Shown piece by piece: positions 25,400-39,200 of a stretch of DNA of 64,000 nt (within the stretch, counting starts at the first letter, position 1; the number at the start of each line of letters is the position of its first letter). The stretch covers positions 20,398,001-20,462,000 of the forward strand of contig OZ059900.1 in NCBI GenBank assembly GCA_964057225.1, given 5' to 3'. The translations under genes and the position numbers were made by a program. Below the pieces are notes generated by a model that made no database searches, was not told where the DNA came from, and saw only the letters and a list, made by a program, of their open reading frames with translations. Source of the DNA: Auanema rhodensis. Lineage: Eukaryota > Animalia > Nematoda.

Positions 25400-28300
25400 G
25401 TTCAGCATGTAAAATGCTTCATTTTAGTATGTAACACGCTGAAATTCGTTGCATTTGACGACTCATATGAACAAAAATCGATTTAATCAATATTAGCCAT
25501 AAGGGGCGTGCCCTCAGAATATGCTAATTTCCTTAATTTTCTAACCCCTGTTTTTTTGTCGTGAAAGTGGAACTAGACGTTGTACGAACAATTTTGAGCT
25601 AGGTTTCATTGACATTGCATGAGTTTGAACACATGAAATCGTAAGTCAAAACCTTGTTAACAGCGAAATTTCCAAAAACTGGTTTTCCAGCATAATAAAA
25701 TATTTCTCATGGGAAATACTGTGTTTTTGTATTTTTCTAGTGTTCAGCATGTAAAATGCTTCATTTTAGTGTGTAACACGCTGAAATTCGTTGCATTTGA
25801 CGACTCATATGAACAAAAATCGATTTAATCAATATTAGCCATAAGGGGCGTGCCCTCAGAATATGCTAATTTCCTTAATTTTCTAACCCCTGTTTTTTTG
25901 TCGTGAAAGTGGAACTAGACGTTGTACGAACAATTTTGAGCTAGGTTTCATTGACATTGCATGAGTTTGAACACATGAAATCGTAAGTCAAAACCTTGTT
26001 TACAGCGAAATTTAAAAAACTGGTTTTCCAGCATAATAAAATATTTCTCACGGGAAATACTGTGTTTTTGTATTTTTCTAGTGTTCAGCATGTAAAATGT
26101 TTCATTTTAGTATGTAACACGCTGAAATTCGTTGCATTTGACGACTCATATGAACAAAAATCGATTTAATCAATATTAGCCATAAGGGGCGTGCCCTCAG
26201 AATATGCTAATTTCCTTAATTTTCTAACCCCTGTTTTTTTGTCGTGAAAGTGGAACTAGACGTTGTACGAACAATTTTGAGCTAGGTTTCATTGACATTG
26301 CATGAGTTTGAACACATGAAATCGTAAGTCAAAACCTTGTTTACAGCGAAATTTCCAAAAACTGGTTTTCCAGCATAATAAAATATTTCTCATGAGAAAT
26401 ACTGTGTTTTTGTATTTTTCTAGTGTTCAGCATGTAAAATGCTTCATTTTAGTATGTAACACGCTGAAATTCGTTGCATTTGACGACTCATATGAACAAA
26501 AATCGATTTAATCAATATTAGCCATAAGGGGCGTGCCCTCAGAATATGCTAATTTCCGTAATTTTCTAACCCCTGTTTTTTTGTCGTGAAAGTGGAACTA
26601 GACGTTGTACGAACAATTTTGAGCTAGGTTTCATTGACATTGCATGAGTTTGAACACATGAAATCGTAAGTCAAAACCTTGTTTACAGCGAAATTTAAAA
26701 AACTGGTTTTCCAGCATAATAAAATATTTCTCATGGGAAATACTGTGTTTTTGTATTTTTCTAGTGTTCAGCATGTAAAATGCTTCATTTTAGTATGTAA
26801 CACGCTGAAATTCGTTGCATTTGACGACTCATATGAACAAAAATCGATTTAATCAATATTAGCCATAAGGGGCGTGCCCTCAGAATATGCTAATTTCCTT
26901 AATTTTCTAACCCCTGTTTTTTTGTCGTGAAAAATGAACTAGACGTTGAACGGACAATTTTGAGCTAGGTTTCATTGACATTGCATGAGTTTGAACACAT
27001 GAAATCGTAAGTCAAAACCTTGTTTACAGCGAAATTTAAAAAACTGGTTTTCCAGCATAATAAAATATTTCTCATGGGAAATACTGTGTTTTTGTATTTT
27101 TCTAGTGTTCAGCATGTAAAATGCTTCATTTTAGTATGTAACACGCTGAAATTCGTTGCATTTGACGACTCATATGAACAAAAATCGATTTAATCAATAT
27201 TAGCCATAAGGGGCGTGCCCTCAGAATATGCTAATTTCCTTAATTTTCTAACCCCTGTTTTTTTGTCGTGAAACTGGAACTAGACGTTGAACGGACAATT
27301 TTGAGCTAGGTTTCATTGACATTGCATGAGTTTGAACACATGAAATCGTAAGTCAAAACCTTGTTTACAGCGAAATTTCCAAAAACTGGTTTTCCAGCAT
27401 AATAAAATATTTCTCAAGGGAAATACTGTGTTTTTGTATTTTTCTAGTGTTCAGCATGTAAAATGCTTCATTTTAGTATGTAACACGCTGAAATTCGTTG
27501 CATTTGACGACTCATATGAACAAAAATCGATTTAATCAATATTAGCCATAAGGGGCGTGCCCTCAGAATATGCTAATTTCCTTAATTTTCTAACCCCTGT
27601 TTTTTTGTCGTGAAAGTGGAACTAGACGTTGTACGAACAATTTTGAGCTAGGTTTCATTGACATTGCATGAGTTTGAACACATGAAATCGTAAGTCAAAA
27701 CCTTGTTTACAGCGAAATTTCCAAAAACTGGTTTTCCAGCATAATAAAATATTTCTCATGGGAAATACTGTATTTTTGTATTTTTCTAGTGTTCAGCATG
27801 TAAAATGCTTCATTTTAGTATGTAACACGCTGAAATTCGTTGCATTTGACGACTCATATGAACAAAAATCGATTTAATCAATATTAGCCATAAGGGGCGT
27901 GCCCTCAGAATATGCTAATTTCATTAATTTTCTAACCCCTATTTTTTGTCGTGAAAGTGGAACTAGACGTTGTACGAACAATTTTGAGCTGGGTTTCATT
28001 GACATTGCATGAGTTTGAACACATGAAATCGTAAGTCAAAACCTTGTTTACAGCGAAATTTCCAAAAACTGGTTTTCCAGCATAATAAAATATTTCTCAT
28101 GGGAAATACTGTGTTTTTGTATTTTTTCAGTGTTCAGCATGTAAAATGCTTCATTTTAGTATGTAACACGCTGAAATTTGTTGCATTTGACGACTCATAT
28201 GAACAAAAATCGATTTAATCAATATTAGCCATAAGGGGCGTGCCCTCAGAATATGCTAATTTCCTTAATTTTCTAACCCCTGTTTTTTTGTCGTGAAAGT

Positions 28301-31300
28301 GGAACTAGACGTTGTACGAACAATTTTGAGCTAGGTTTCATTGACATTGCATGAGGTTGAACACATGAAATCGTAAGTCAAAACCTTGTTTACAGCGAAA
28401 TTTCCAAAAACTGGTTTTCCAGCATAATAAAATATTTCTCATGGGAAATACTGTGTTTTTGTATTTTTCTAGTGTTCAGCATGTAAAATGCTTCATTTTA
28501 GTATGTAACACGCTGAAATTTGTTGCATTTGACGACTCATATGAACAAAAATCGATTTAATCAATATGAGCCATAAGGGGCGTGCCCTCAGAATATGCTA
28601 ATTTCCTTAATTTTCTAACCCCTGTTTTTTTGTCGTGAAAGTGGAACTAGACGTTGTACGAACAATTTTGAGCTAGGTTTCATTGACATTGCATGAGTTT
28701 GAACACATGAAATCGTAAGTCAAAACCTTGTTTACAGCGAAATTTAAAAAACTGGTTATCCAGCATAATAAAATATTTCTCATGGGAAATACTGTGTTTT
28801 TGTATTTTTCTAGTGTTCAGCATGTAAAATGCTTCATTTTAGTATGTAACACGCTGAAATTCGTTGCATTTGACGACTCATATGAACAAAAATCGATTTA
28901 ATCAATATTAGCCATAAGGGGCGTGCCCTCAGAATATGCTAATTTCCTTAATTTTCTAACCCCTGTTTTTTTGTCGTGAAAGTGGAACTAGACGTTGAAC
29001 GGACAATTTTGAGCTAGGTTTCATTGACATTGCATGAGTTTGAACACATGAAATTGTAAGTCAAAACCTTGTTTACAGCGAAATTTCCAAAAACTGGTTT
29101 TCCAGCATAATAAAATATTTCTCATGGGAAATACTGTGTTTTTGTATTTTTCTAGTGTTCAGCATGTGAAATGCTTCATTTTAGTATGTAACACGCTGAA
29201 ATTCGTTGCATTTGACGACTCATATGAACAAAAATCGATTTAATCAATATTAGCCATAAGGGGCGTGCCCTCAGAATATGCTAATTTCCTTAATTTTCTA
29301 ACCCCTGTTTTTTTGTCGTGAAAGTGGAACTAGACGTTGAACGGACAATTTTGAGCTAGGTTTTATTGACATTGCATGAGTTTGAACACATGAAATCGTA
29401 AGTCAAAACCTTGTTTACAGCGAAATTTCCAAAAACTGGTTTTCCAGCATAATAAAATATTTCTCATGGGAAATACTGTGTTTTTGTATTTTTCTAGTGT
29501 TCAGCATGTAAAATGCTTCATTTTAGTATGTAACACGCTGAAATTCGTTGCATTTGACGACTCATATGAACAAAAATCGATTTAATCAATATTAGCCATA
29601 AGGGGCGTGCCCTCAGAATATGCTAATTTCCTTAATTTTCTAACCCCTGTTTTTTCGTCGTGAAAGTGGAACTAGACGTTGTACGAACAATTTTGAGCTA
29701 GGTTTCATTGACATTGCATGAGTTTGAACACATGAAATCGTAAGTCAAAACCTTGTTTACAGCGAAATTTCCAAAAACTGGTTTTCCAGCATAATAAAAT
29801 ATTTCTCATGGGAAATACTGTGTTTTTGTATTTTTCTAGTGTTCAGCATGTGAAATGCTTCATTTTAGTATGTAACACGCTGAAATTCGTTGCATTTGAC
29901 GACTCATATGAACAAAAATCGATTTAATCAATATTAGCCATAAGGGGCGTGCCCTCAGAATATGCTAATTTCCTTAATTTTCTAACCCCTGTTTTTTTGT
30001 CGTGAAAGTGGAACTAGACGTTGTACGAACAATTTTGAGCTAGGTTTCATTGACATTGCATGAGTTTGAACACATGAAATCGTAAGTCAAAACCTTGTTT
30101 ACAGCGAAATTTCCAAAAACTGGTTTTCCAGCATAATAAAATATTTCTCATGGGAAATACTGTGTTTTTGTATTTTTCTAGTGTTCAGCATGTAAAATGA
30201 TTCATTTTAGTATGTAACACGCTGAAATTCGTTGCATTTGACGACTCATATGAACAAAAATCGATTTAATCAATATTAGCCATAAGGGGCGTGCCCTCAG
30301 AATATGCTAATTTCCTTAATTTTCTAACCCCTGTTTTTTTGTCGTGAAAGTGGAACTAGACGTTGTGCGAACAATTTTGAGCTAGGTTTCATTGACATTG
30401 CATGAGTTTGAACACATGAAATCGTAAGTCAAAACCTTGTTTACAGCGAAATTTCCAAAAACTGGTTTTCCAGCATAATAAAATATTTCTCATGGGAAAT
30501 ACTGTGTTTTTGTATTTTTCTAGTGTTCAGCATGTAAAATGCTTCATTTTAGTATGTAACACGCTGAAATTCGTTGCATTTGACGACTCATATGAACAAA
30601 AATCGATTTAATCAATATTAGCCATAAGGGGCGTGCCCTCAGAATATGCTAATTTCCTTAATTTTCTAACCCCTGTTTTTTTGTCGTGAAAGTGGAACTA
30701 GACGTTGTACGAACAATTTTGAGCTAGGTTTCATTGACATTGCATGAGTTTGAACACATGAAATCGTAAGTCAAAACCTTGTTAACAGCGAAATTTCCAA
30801 AAACTGGTTTTCCAGCATAATAAAATATTTCTCATGGGAAATACTGTGTTTTTGTATTTTTCTAGTGTTCAGCATGTAAAATGCTTCATTTTAGTGTGTA
30901 ACACGCTGAAATTCGTTGCATTTGACGACTCATATGAACAAAAATCGATTTAATCAATATTAGCCATAAGGGGCGTGCCCTCAGAATATGCTAATTTCCT
31001 TAATTTTCTAACCCCTGTTTTTTTGTCGTGAAAGTGGAACTAGACGTTGTACGAACAATTTTGAGCTAGGTTTCATTGACATTGCATGAGTTTGAACACA
31101 TGAAATCGTAAGTCAAAACCTTGTTTACAGCGAAATTTAAAAAACTGGTTTTCCAGCATAATAAAATATTTCTCACGGGAAATACTGTGTTTTTGTATTT
31201 TTCTAGTGTTCAGCATGTAAAATGTTTCATTTTAGTATGTAACACGCTGAAATTCGTTGCATTTGACGACTCATATGAACAAAAATCGATTTAATCAATA

Positions 31301-34300
31301 TTAGCCATAAGGGGCGTGCCCTCAGAATATGCTAATTTCCTTAATTTTCTAACCCCTGTTTTTTTGTCGTGAAAGTGGAACTAGACGTTGTACGAACAAT
31401 TTTGAGCTAGGTTTCATTGACATTGCATGAGTTTGAACACATGAAATCGTAAGTCAAAACCTTGTTTACAGCGAAATTTCCAAAAACTGGTTTTCCAGCA
31501 TAATAAAATATTTCTCATGAGAAATACTGTGTTTTTGTATTTTTCTAGTGTTCAGCATGTAAAATGCTTCATTTTAGTATGTAACACGCTGAAATTCGTT
31601 GCATTTGACGACTCATATGAACAAAAATCGATTTAATCAATATTAGCCATAAGGGGCGTGCCCTCAGAATATGCTAATTTCCGTAATTTTCTAACCCCTG
31701 TTTTTTTGTCGTGAAAGTGGAACTAGACGTTGTACGAACAATTTTGAGCTAGGTTTCATTGACATTGCATGAGTTTGAACACATGAAATTGTAAGTCAAA
31801 ACCTTGTTTACAGCGAAATTTAAAAAACTGGTTTTCCAGCATAATAAAATATTTCTCATGGGAAATACTGTGTTTTTGTATTTTTCTAGTGTTCAGCATG
31901 TAAAATGCTTCATTTTAGTATGTAACACGCTGAAATTCGTTGCATTTGACGACTCATATGAACAAAAATCGATTTAATCAATATTAGCCATAAGGGGCGT
32001 GCCCTCAGAATATGCTAATTTCCTTAATTTTCTAACCCCTGTTTTTTTGTCGTGAAAAATGAACTAGACGTTGAACGGACAATTTTGAGCTAGGTTTCAT
32101 TGACATTGCATGAGTTTGAACACATGAAATCGTAAGTCAAAACCTTGTTTACAGCGAAATTTAAAAAACTGGTTTTCCAGCATAATAAAATATTTCTCAT
32201 GGGAAATACTGTGTTTTTGTATTTTTCTAGTGTTCAGCATGTAAAATGCTTCATTTTAGTATGTAACACGCTGAAATTCGTTGCATTTGACGACTCATAT
32301 GAACAAAAATCGATTTAATCAATATTAGCCATAAGGGGCGTGCCCTCAGAATATGCTAATTTCCTTAATTTTCTAACCCCTGTTTTTTTGTCGTGAAACT
32401 GGAACTAGACGTTGAACGGACAATTTTGAGCTAGGTTTCATTGACATTGCATGAGTTTGAACACATGAAATCGTAAGTCAAAACCTTGTTTACAGCGAAA
32501 TTTCCAAAAACTGGTTTTCCAGCATAATAAAATATTTCTCAAGGGAAATACTGTGTTTTTGTATTTTTCTAGTGTTCAGCATGTAAAATGCTTCATTTTA
32601 GTATGTAACACGCTGAAATTCGTTGCATTTGACGACTCATATGAACAAAATCGATTTAATCAATATTAGCCATAAGGGGCGTGCCCTCAGAATATGCTAA
32701 TTTCCTTAATTTTCTAACCCCTGTTTTTTTGTCGTGAAAGTGGAACTAGACGTTGTACGAACAATTTTGAGCTAGGTTTCATTGACATTGCATGAGTTTG
32801 AACACATGAAATCGTAAGTCAAAACCTTGTTTACAGCGAAATTTCCAAAAACTGGTTTTCCAGCATAATAAAATATTTCTCATGGGAAATACTGTATTTT
32901 TGTATTTTTCTAGTGTTCAGCATGTAAAATGCTTCATTTTAGTATGTAACACGCTGAAATTCGTTGCACTTGACGACTCATATGAACAAAAATCGATTTA
33001 ATCAATATTAGCCATAAAGGGCGTGCCCTCAGAATATGCTAATTTCATTAATTTTCTAACCCCTGTTTTTTTATCGTGAAAGTGGAACTGGACGTTGTAC
33101 GAACAATTTTGAGCTAGGTTTCATTGACATTGCATGAGTTTGAACACATGAAATCGTAAGTCAAAACCTTGTTTACAGCGAAATTTCCAAAAACTGGTTT
33201 TCCAGCATAATAAAATATTTCTCATGGGAAATACTGTGTTTTTGTATTTTTCTAGTGTTCAGCATGTAAAATGCTTCATTTTAGTATGTAACACGCTGAA
33301 ATTCGTTGCATTTGACGACTCATATGAACAAAAATCGATTTAATCAATATTAGCCATAAGGGGCGTGCCCTCAGAATATGCTAATTTCATTAATTTTCTA
33401 ACCCCTATTTTTTGTCGTGAAAGTGGAACTAGACGTTGTACGAACAATTTTGAGCTGGGTTTCATTGACATTGCATGAGTTTGAACACATGAAATCGTAA
33501 GTCAAAACCTTGTTTACAGCGAAATTTCCAAAAACTGGTTTTCCAGCATAATAAAATATTTCTCATGGGAAATACTGTGTTTTTGTATTTTTTCAGTGTT
33601 CAGCATGTAAAATGCTTCATTTTAGTATGTAACACGCTGAAATTCGTTGCATTTGACGACTCATATGAACAAAAATCGATTTAATCAATATTAGCCATAA
33701 GGGGCGTGCCCTCAGAATATGCTAATTTCCTTAATTTTCTAACCCCTGTTTTTTTGTCGTGAAACTGGAACTAGACGTTGAACGGACAATTTTGAGCTAG
33801 GTTTCATTGACATTGCATGAGTTTGAACACATGAAATCGTAAGTCAAAACCTTGTTTACAGCGAAATTTCCAAAAACTGGTTTTCCAGCATAATAAAATA
33901 TTTCTCAAAGGAAATACTGTGTTTTTGTATTTTTCTAGTGTTCAGCATGTAAAATGCTTCATTTTAGTATGTAACACGCTGAAATTCGTTGCATTTGACG
34001 ACTCATATGAACAAAAATCGATTTAATCAATATTAGCCATAAGGGGCGTGCCCTCAGAATATGCTAATTTCCTTAATTTTCTAACCCCTGTTTTTTTGTC
34101 GTGAAAGTGGAACTAGACGTTGTACGAACAATTTTGAGCTAGGTTTCATTGACATTGCATGAGTTTGAACACATGAAATCGTAAGTCAAAACCTTGTTTA
34201 CAGCGAAATTTCCAAAAACTGGTTTTCCAGCATAATAAAATATTTCTCATGGGAAATACTGTGTTTTTGTATTTTTCTAGTGTTCAGCATGTAAAATGCT

Positions 34301-36200
34301 TCATTTTAGTATGTAACACGCTGAAATTCGTTGCATTTGACGACTCATATGAACAAAAATCGATTTAATCAATATTAGCCATAAGGGGCGTGCCCTCAGA
34401 ATATGCTAATTTCATTAATTTTCTAACCCCTATTTTTTGTCGTGAAAGTGGAACTAGACGTTGTACGAACAATTTTGAGCTGGGTTTCATTGACATTGCA
34501 TGAGTTTGAACACATGAAATCGTAAGTCAAAACCTTGTTTACAGCGAAATTTCCAAAAACTGGTTTTCCAGCATAATAAAATATTTCTCATGGGAAATAC
34601 TGTGTTTTTGTATTTTTTCAGTGTTCAGCATGTAAAATGCTTCATTTTAGTATGTAACACGCTGAAATTTGTTGCATTTGACGACTCATATGAACAAAAA
34701 TCGATTTAATCAATATTAGCCATAAGGGGCGTGCCCTCAGAATATGCTAATTTCCTTAATTTTCTAACCCCTGTTTTTTTGTCGTGAAAGTGGAACTAGA
34801 CGTTGTACGAACAATTTTGAGCTAGGTTTCATTGACATTGCATGAGGTTGAACACATGAAATCGTAAGTCAAAACCTTGTTTACAGCGAAATTTCCAAAA
34901 ACTGGTTTTCCAGCATAATAAAATATTTCTCATGGGAAATACTGTGTTTTTGTATTTTTCTAGTGTTCAGCATGTAAAATGCTTCATTTTAGTATGTAAC
35001 ACGCTGAAATTTGTTGCATTTGACGACTCATATGAACAAAAATCGATTTAATCAATATGAGCCATAAGGGGCGTGCCCTCAGAATATGCTAATTTCCTTA
35101 ATTTTCTAACCCCTGTTTTTTTGTCGTGAAAGTGGAACTAGACGTTGTACGAACAATTTTGAGCTAGGTTTCATTGACATTGCATGAGTTTGAACACATG
35201 AAATCGTAAGTCAAAACCTTGTTTACAGCGAAATTTAAAAAACTGGTTTTCCAGCATAATAAAATATTTCTCATGGGAAATACTGTGTTTTTGTATTTTT
35301 CTAGTGTTCAGCATGTAAAATGCTTCATTTTAGTATGTAACACGCTGAAATTCGTTGCATTTGACGACTCATATGAACAAAAATCGATTTAATCAATATT
35401 AGCCATAAGGGGCGTGCCCTCAGAATATGCTAATTTCCTTAATTTTCTAACCCCTGTTTTTTTGTCGTGAAAGTGGAACTAGACGTTGAACGGACAATTT
35501 TGAGCTAGGTTTCATTGACATTGCATGAGTTTGAACACATGAAATTGTAAGTCAAAACCTTGTTTACAGCGAAATTTCCAAAAACTGGTTTTCCAGCATA
35601 ATAAAATATTTCTCATGGGAAATACTGTGTTTTTGTATTTTTTTAGTGTTCAGCATGTGAAATGCTTCATTTTAGTATGTAACACGCTGAAATTCGTTGC
35701 ATTTGACGACTCATATGAACAAAAATCGATTTAATCAATATTAGCCATAAGGGGCGTGCCCTCAGAATATGCTAATTTCCTTAATTTTCTAACCCCTGTT
35801 TTTTTGTCGTGAAAGTGGAACTAGACGTTGAACGGACAATTTTGAGCTAGGTTTTATTGACATTGCATGAGTTTGAACACATGAAATCGTAAGTCAAAAC
35901 CTTGTTTACAGCGAAATTTCCAAAAACTGGTTTTCCAGCATAATAAAATATTTCTCATGGGAAATACTGTGTTTTTGTATTTTTCTAGTGTTCAGCATGT
36001 AAAATGCTTCATTTTAGTATGTAACACGCTGAAATTCGTTGCATTTGACGACTCATATGAACAAAAATCGATTTAATCAATATTAGCCATAAGGGGCGTG
36101 CCCTCAGAATATGCTAATTTCCTTAATTTTCTAACCCCTGTTTTTTCGTCGTGAAAGTGGAACTAGACGTTGTACGAACAATTTTGAGCTTGGTTTCATT
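25400..36200 (+). repeat. Multi-monomer blocks duplicated at 15-monomer and 19-monomer offsets
   Basis: CTTGTTAAC ~25658/30783, CTCACGGG ~26051/31176 and GAAAAATGAAC ~26930/32056 (offset ~5125). GAGCTGGG ~27990/34481, ATATGAGCC ~28566/35057 and TTTTCGTC ~29656/36147 (offset 6491). Confidence 0.8.
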
Positions 36201-39200
36201 GACATTGCATGAGTTTGAACACATGAAATCGTAAGTCAAAACCTTGTTTACAGCGAAATTTCCAAAAACTGGTTTTCTAGCATAATAAAATATTTCTCAT
36301 GGGAAATACTGTGTTTTTGTATTTTTCTAGTGTTCAGCATCTAAAATGCTTCATTTTAGTATGTAACACGCTGAAATTCGTTGCATTTGACGACTCATAT
36401 GAACAAAAATCGATTTAATCAATATTAGCCATAAGGGGCGTGCCCTCAGAATATGCTAATTTCCTTAATTTTCTAACCCCTGTTTTTTTGTCGTGAAAGT
36501 GGAACTAGACGTTGTACGAACAATTTTGAGCTAGGTTTCATTGACATTGCATGAGTTTGAACACATGAAATCGTAAATCAAAACCTTGTTTACAGCGAAA
36601 TTTCCAAAAACTGGTTTTCCAGCATAATAAAATATTTCTCATGGGAAATACTGTATTTTTGTATTTTTCTAGTGTTCAGCATGTAAAATGCTTCATTTTA
36701 GTATGTAACACGCTGAAATTCGTTGCACTTGACGACTCATATGAACAAAAATCGATTTAATCAATATTAGCCATAAAGGGCGTGCCCTCAGAATATGCTA
36801 ATTTCATTAATTTTCTAACCCCTGTTTTTTTGTCGTGAAAGTAGAACTAGACGTTGTACGAACAATTTTGAGCTAGGTTTCATTGACATTGCATAAGTTT
36901 GAACACATGAAATCGTAAGTCAAAACCTTGTTTACAGCGAAATTTCCAAAAACTGGTTTTCCAGCATAATAAAATATTTCTCATGGGAAAAACTGTGTTT
37001 TTGTATTTTTCTAGTGTTCAGCATGTAAAATGCTTCATTTTAGTATGTAACACGCTGAAATTCGTTGCATTTGACGACTCATATGAACAAAAATCGATTT
37101 AATCAATATTAGCCATAAGGGGCGTGCCCTCAGAATATGCTAATTTCCCTAATTTTCTAACCCCTGTTTTTTGTCGTGAAAGTGGAACTAGACGTTGAAC
37201 GGACAATTTTGAGCTAGGTTTTATTGACATTGTATGAGTTTGAACACATGAAATCGTAAGTCAAAACCTTGTTTACAGCGAAATTTCCAAAAACTGGTTT
37301 TCCAGCATAATAAAATATTTCTCATGGGAAATACTGTGTTTTTGTATTTTTCTAGTGTTCAGCATGTAAAATGCTTCATTTTAGTTAGTAACACGCTGAA
37401 ATTCGTTGCATTTGACGACTCATATGAACAAAAATCGATTTAATCAATATTAGCCATAAGGGGCGTGCCCTCAGAATATGCTAATTTCCTTAATTTTCTA
37501 ACCCCTGTTTTTTTGTCATGAAAGTGGAACTAGACGTTGTACTAACAATTTTGAGCTAGGTTTCATTGACATTGCATGAGTTTGAACACATGAAATTGTA
37601 AGTCAAAACCTTGTTTACAGCGAAATTTCCAAAAACTGGTTTTCTAGCATAATAAAATATTTCTCATGGGAAATACTGTGTTTTTGTATTTTTCTAGTGT
37701 TCAGCATCTAAAATGCTTCATTTTAGTATGTAACACGCTGAAATTCGTTGCATTTGACGACTCATATGAACAAAAATCGATTTAATCAATATTTGCCATA
37801 AGGGGCGTGCCCTCAGAATATGCTAATTTCCTTAATTTTCTAACCCCTGTTTTTTTGTCGTGAAAGTGGAACTAGACGTTGAACGGACAATTTTGAGCTA
37901 GGTTTTATTGACATTGTATGAGTTTGAACACATGAAATCGTAAGTCAAAACCTTGTTTACAGCGAAATTTCCAAAAACTGGTTTTCCAGCATAATAAAAT
38001 ATTTCTCATGGGAAATACTGTGTTTTTGTATTTTTCTAGTGTTCAGCATGTAAAATGCTTCATTTTAGTTAGTAACACGCTGAAATTCGTTGCATTTGAC
38101 GACTCATATGAACAAAAATCGATTTAATCAATATTAGCCATAAGGGGCGTGCCCTCAGAATATGCTAATTTCCTTAATTTTCTAACCCCTGTTTTTTTGT
38201 CGTGAAAGTGGAACTAGACGTTGTACGAACAATTTTGAGCTAGGTTTCATTGACATTGCATGAGTTTGAACACATGAAATCGTAAGTCAAAACCTTGTTT
38301 ACAGCGAAATTTCCAAAAACTGGTTTTCCAGCATAATAAAATATTTCTCATGGGAAATACTGTGTTTTTGTATTTTTCTAGTGTTCAGCATGTAAAATGC
38401 TTCATTTTAGTATGTAACACGCTGAAATTCGTTGCATTTGACGACTCATATGAACAAAAATCGATTTAATCAATATTAGCCATAAGGGGCGTGCCCTCAG
38501 AATATGCTAATTTCCTTAATTTTCTAACCCCTGTTTTTTTGTCGTGAAAGTGGAACTAGACGTTGAACGGACAATTTTGAGCTAGGTTTTATTGACATTG
38601 CATGAGTTTGAACACATGAAATCGTAAGTCAAAACCTTGTTTACAGCGAAATTTCCAAAAACTGGTTTTCCAGCATAATAAAATATTTCTCATGGGAAAT
38701 ACTGTGTTTTTGTATTTTTCTAGTGTTCAGCATGTAAAATGCTTCATTTTAGTATGTAACACGCTGAAATTCGTTGCATTTGACGACTCATATGAACAAA
38801 AATCGATTTAATCAATATTAGCCATAAGGGGCGTGCCCTCAGAATATGCTAATTTCCTTAATTTTCTAACCCCTGTTTTTTCGTCGTGAAAGTGGAACTA
38901 GACGTTGTACGAACAATTTTGAGCTAGGTTTCATTGACATTGCATGAGTTTGAACACATGAAATCGTAAGTCAAAACCTTGTTTACAGCGAAATTTCCAA
39001 AAACTGGTTTTCTAGCATAATAAAATATTTCTCATGGGAAATACTGTGTTTTTGTATTTTTCTAGTGTTCAGCATCTAAAATGCTTCATTTTAGTATGTA
39101 ACACGCTGAAATTCGTTGCATTTGACGACTCATATGAACAAAAATCGATTTAATCAATATTAGCCATAAGGGGCGTGCCCTCAGAATATGCTAATTTCCT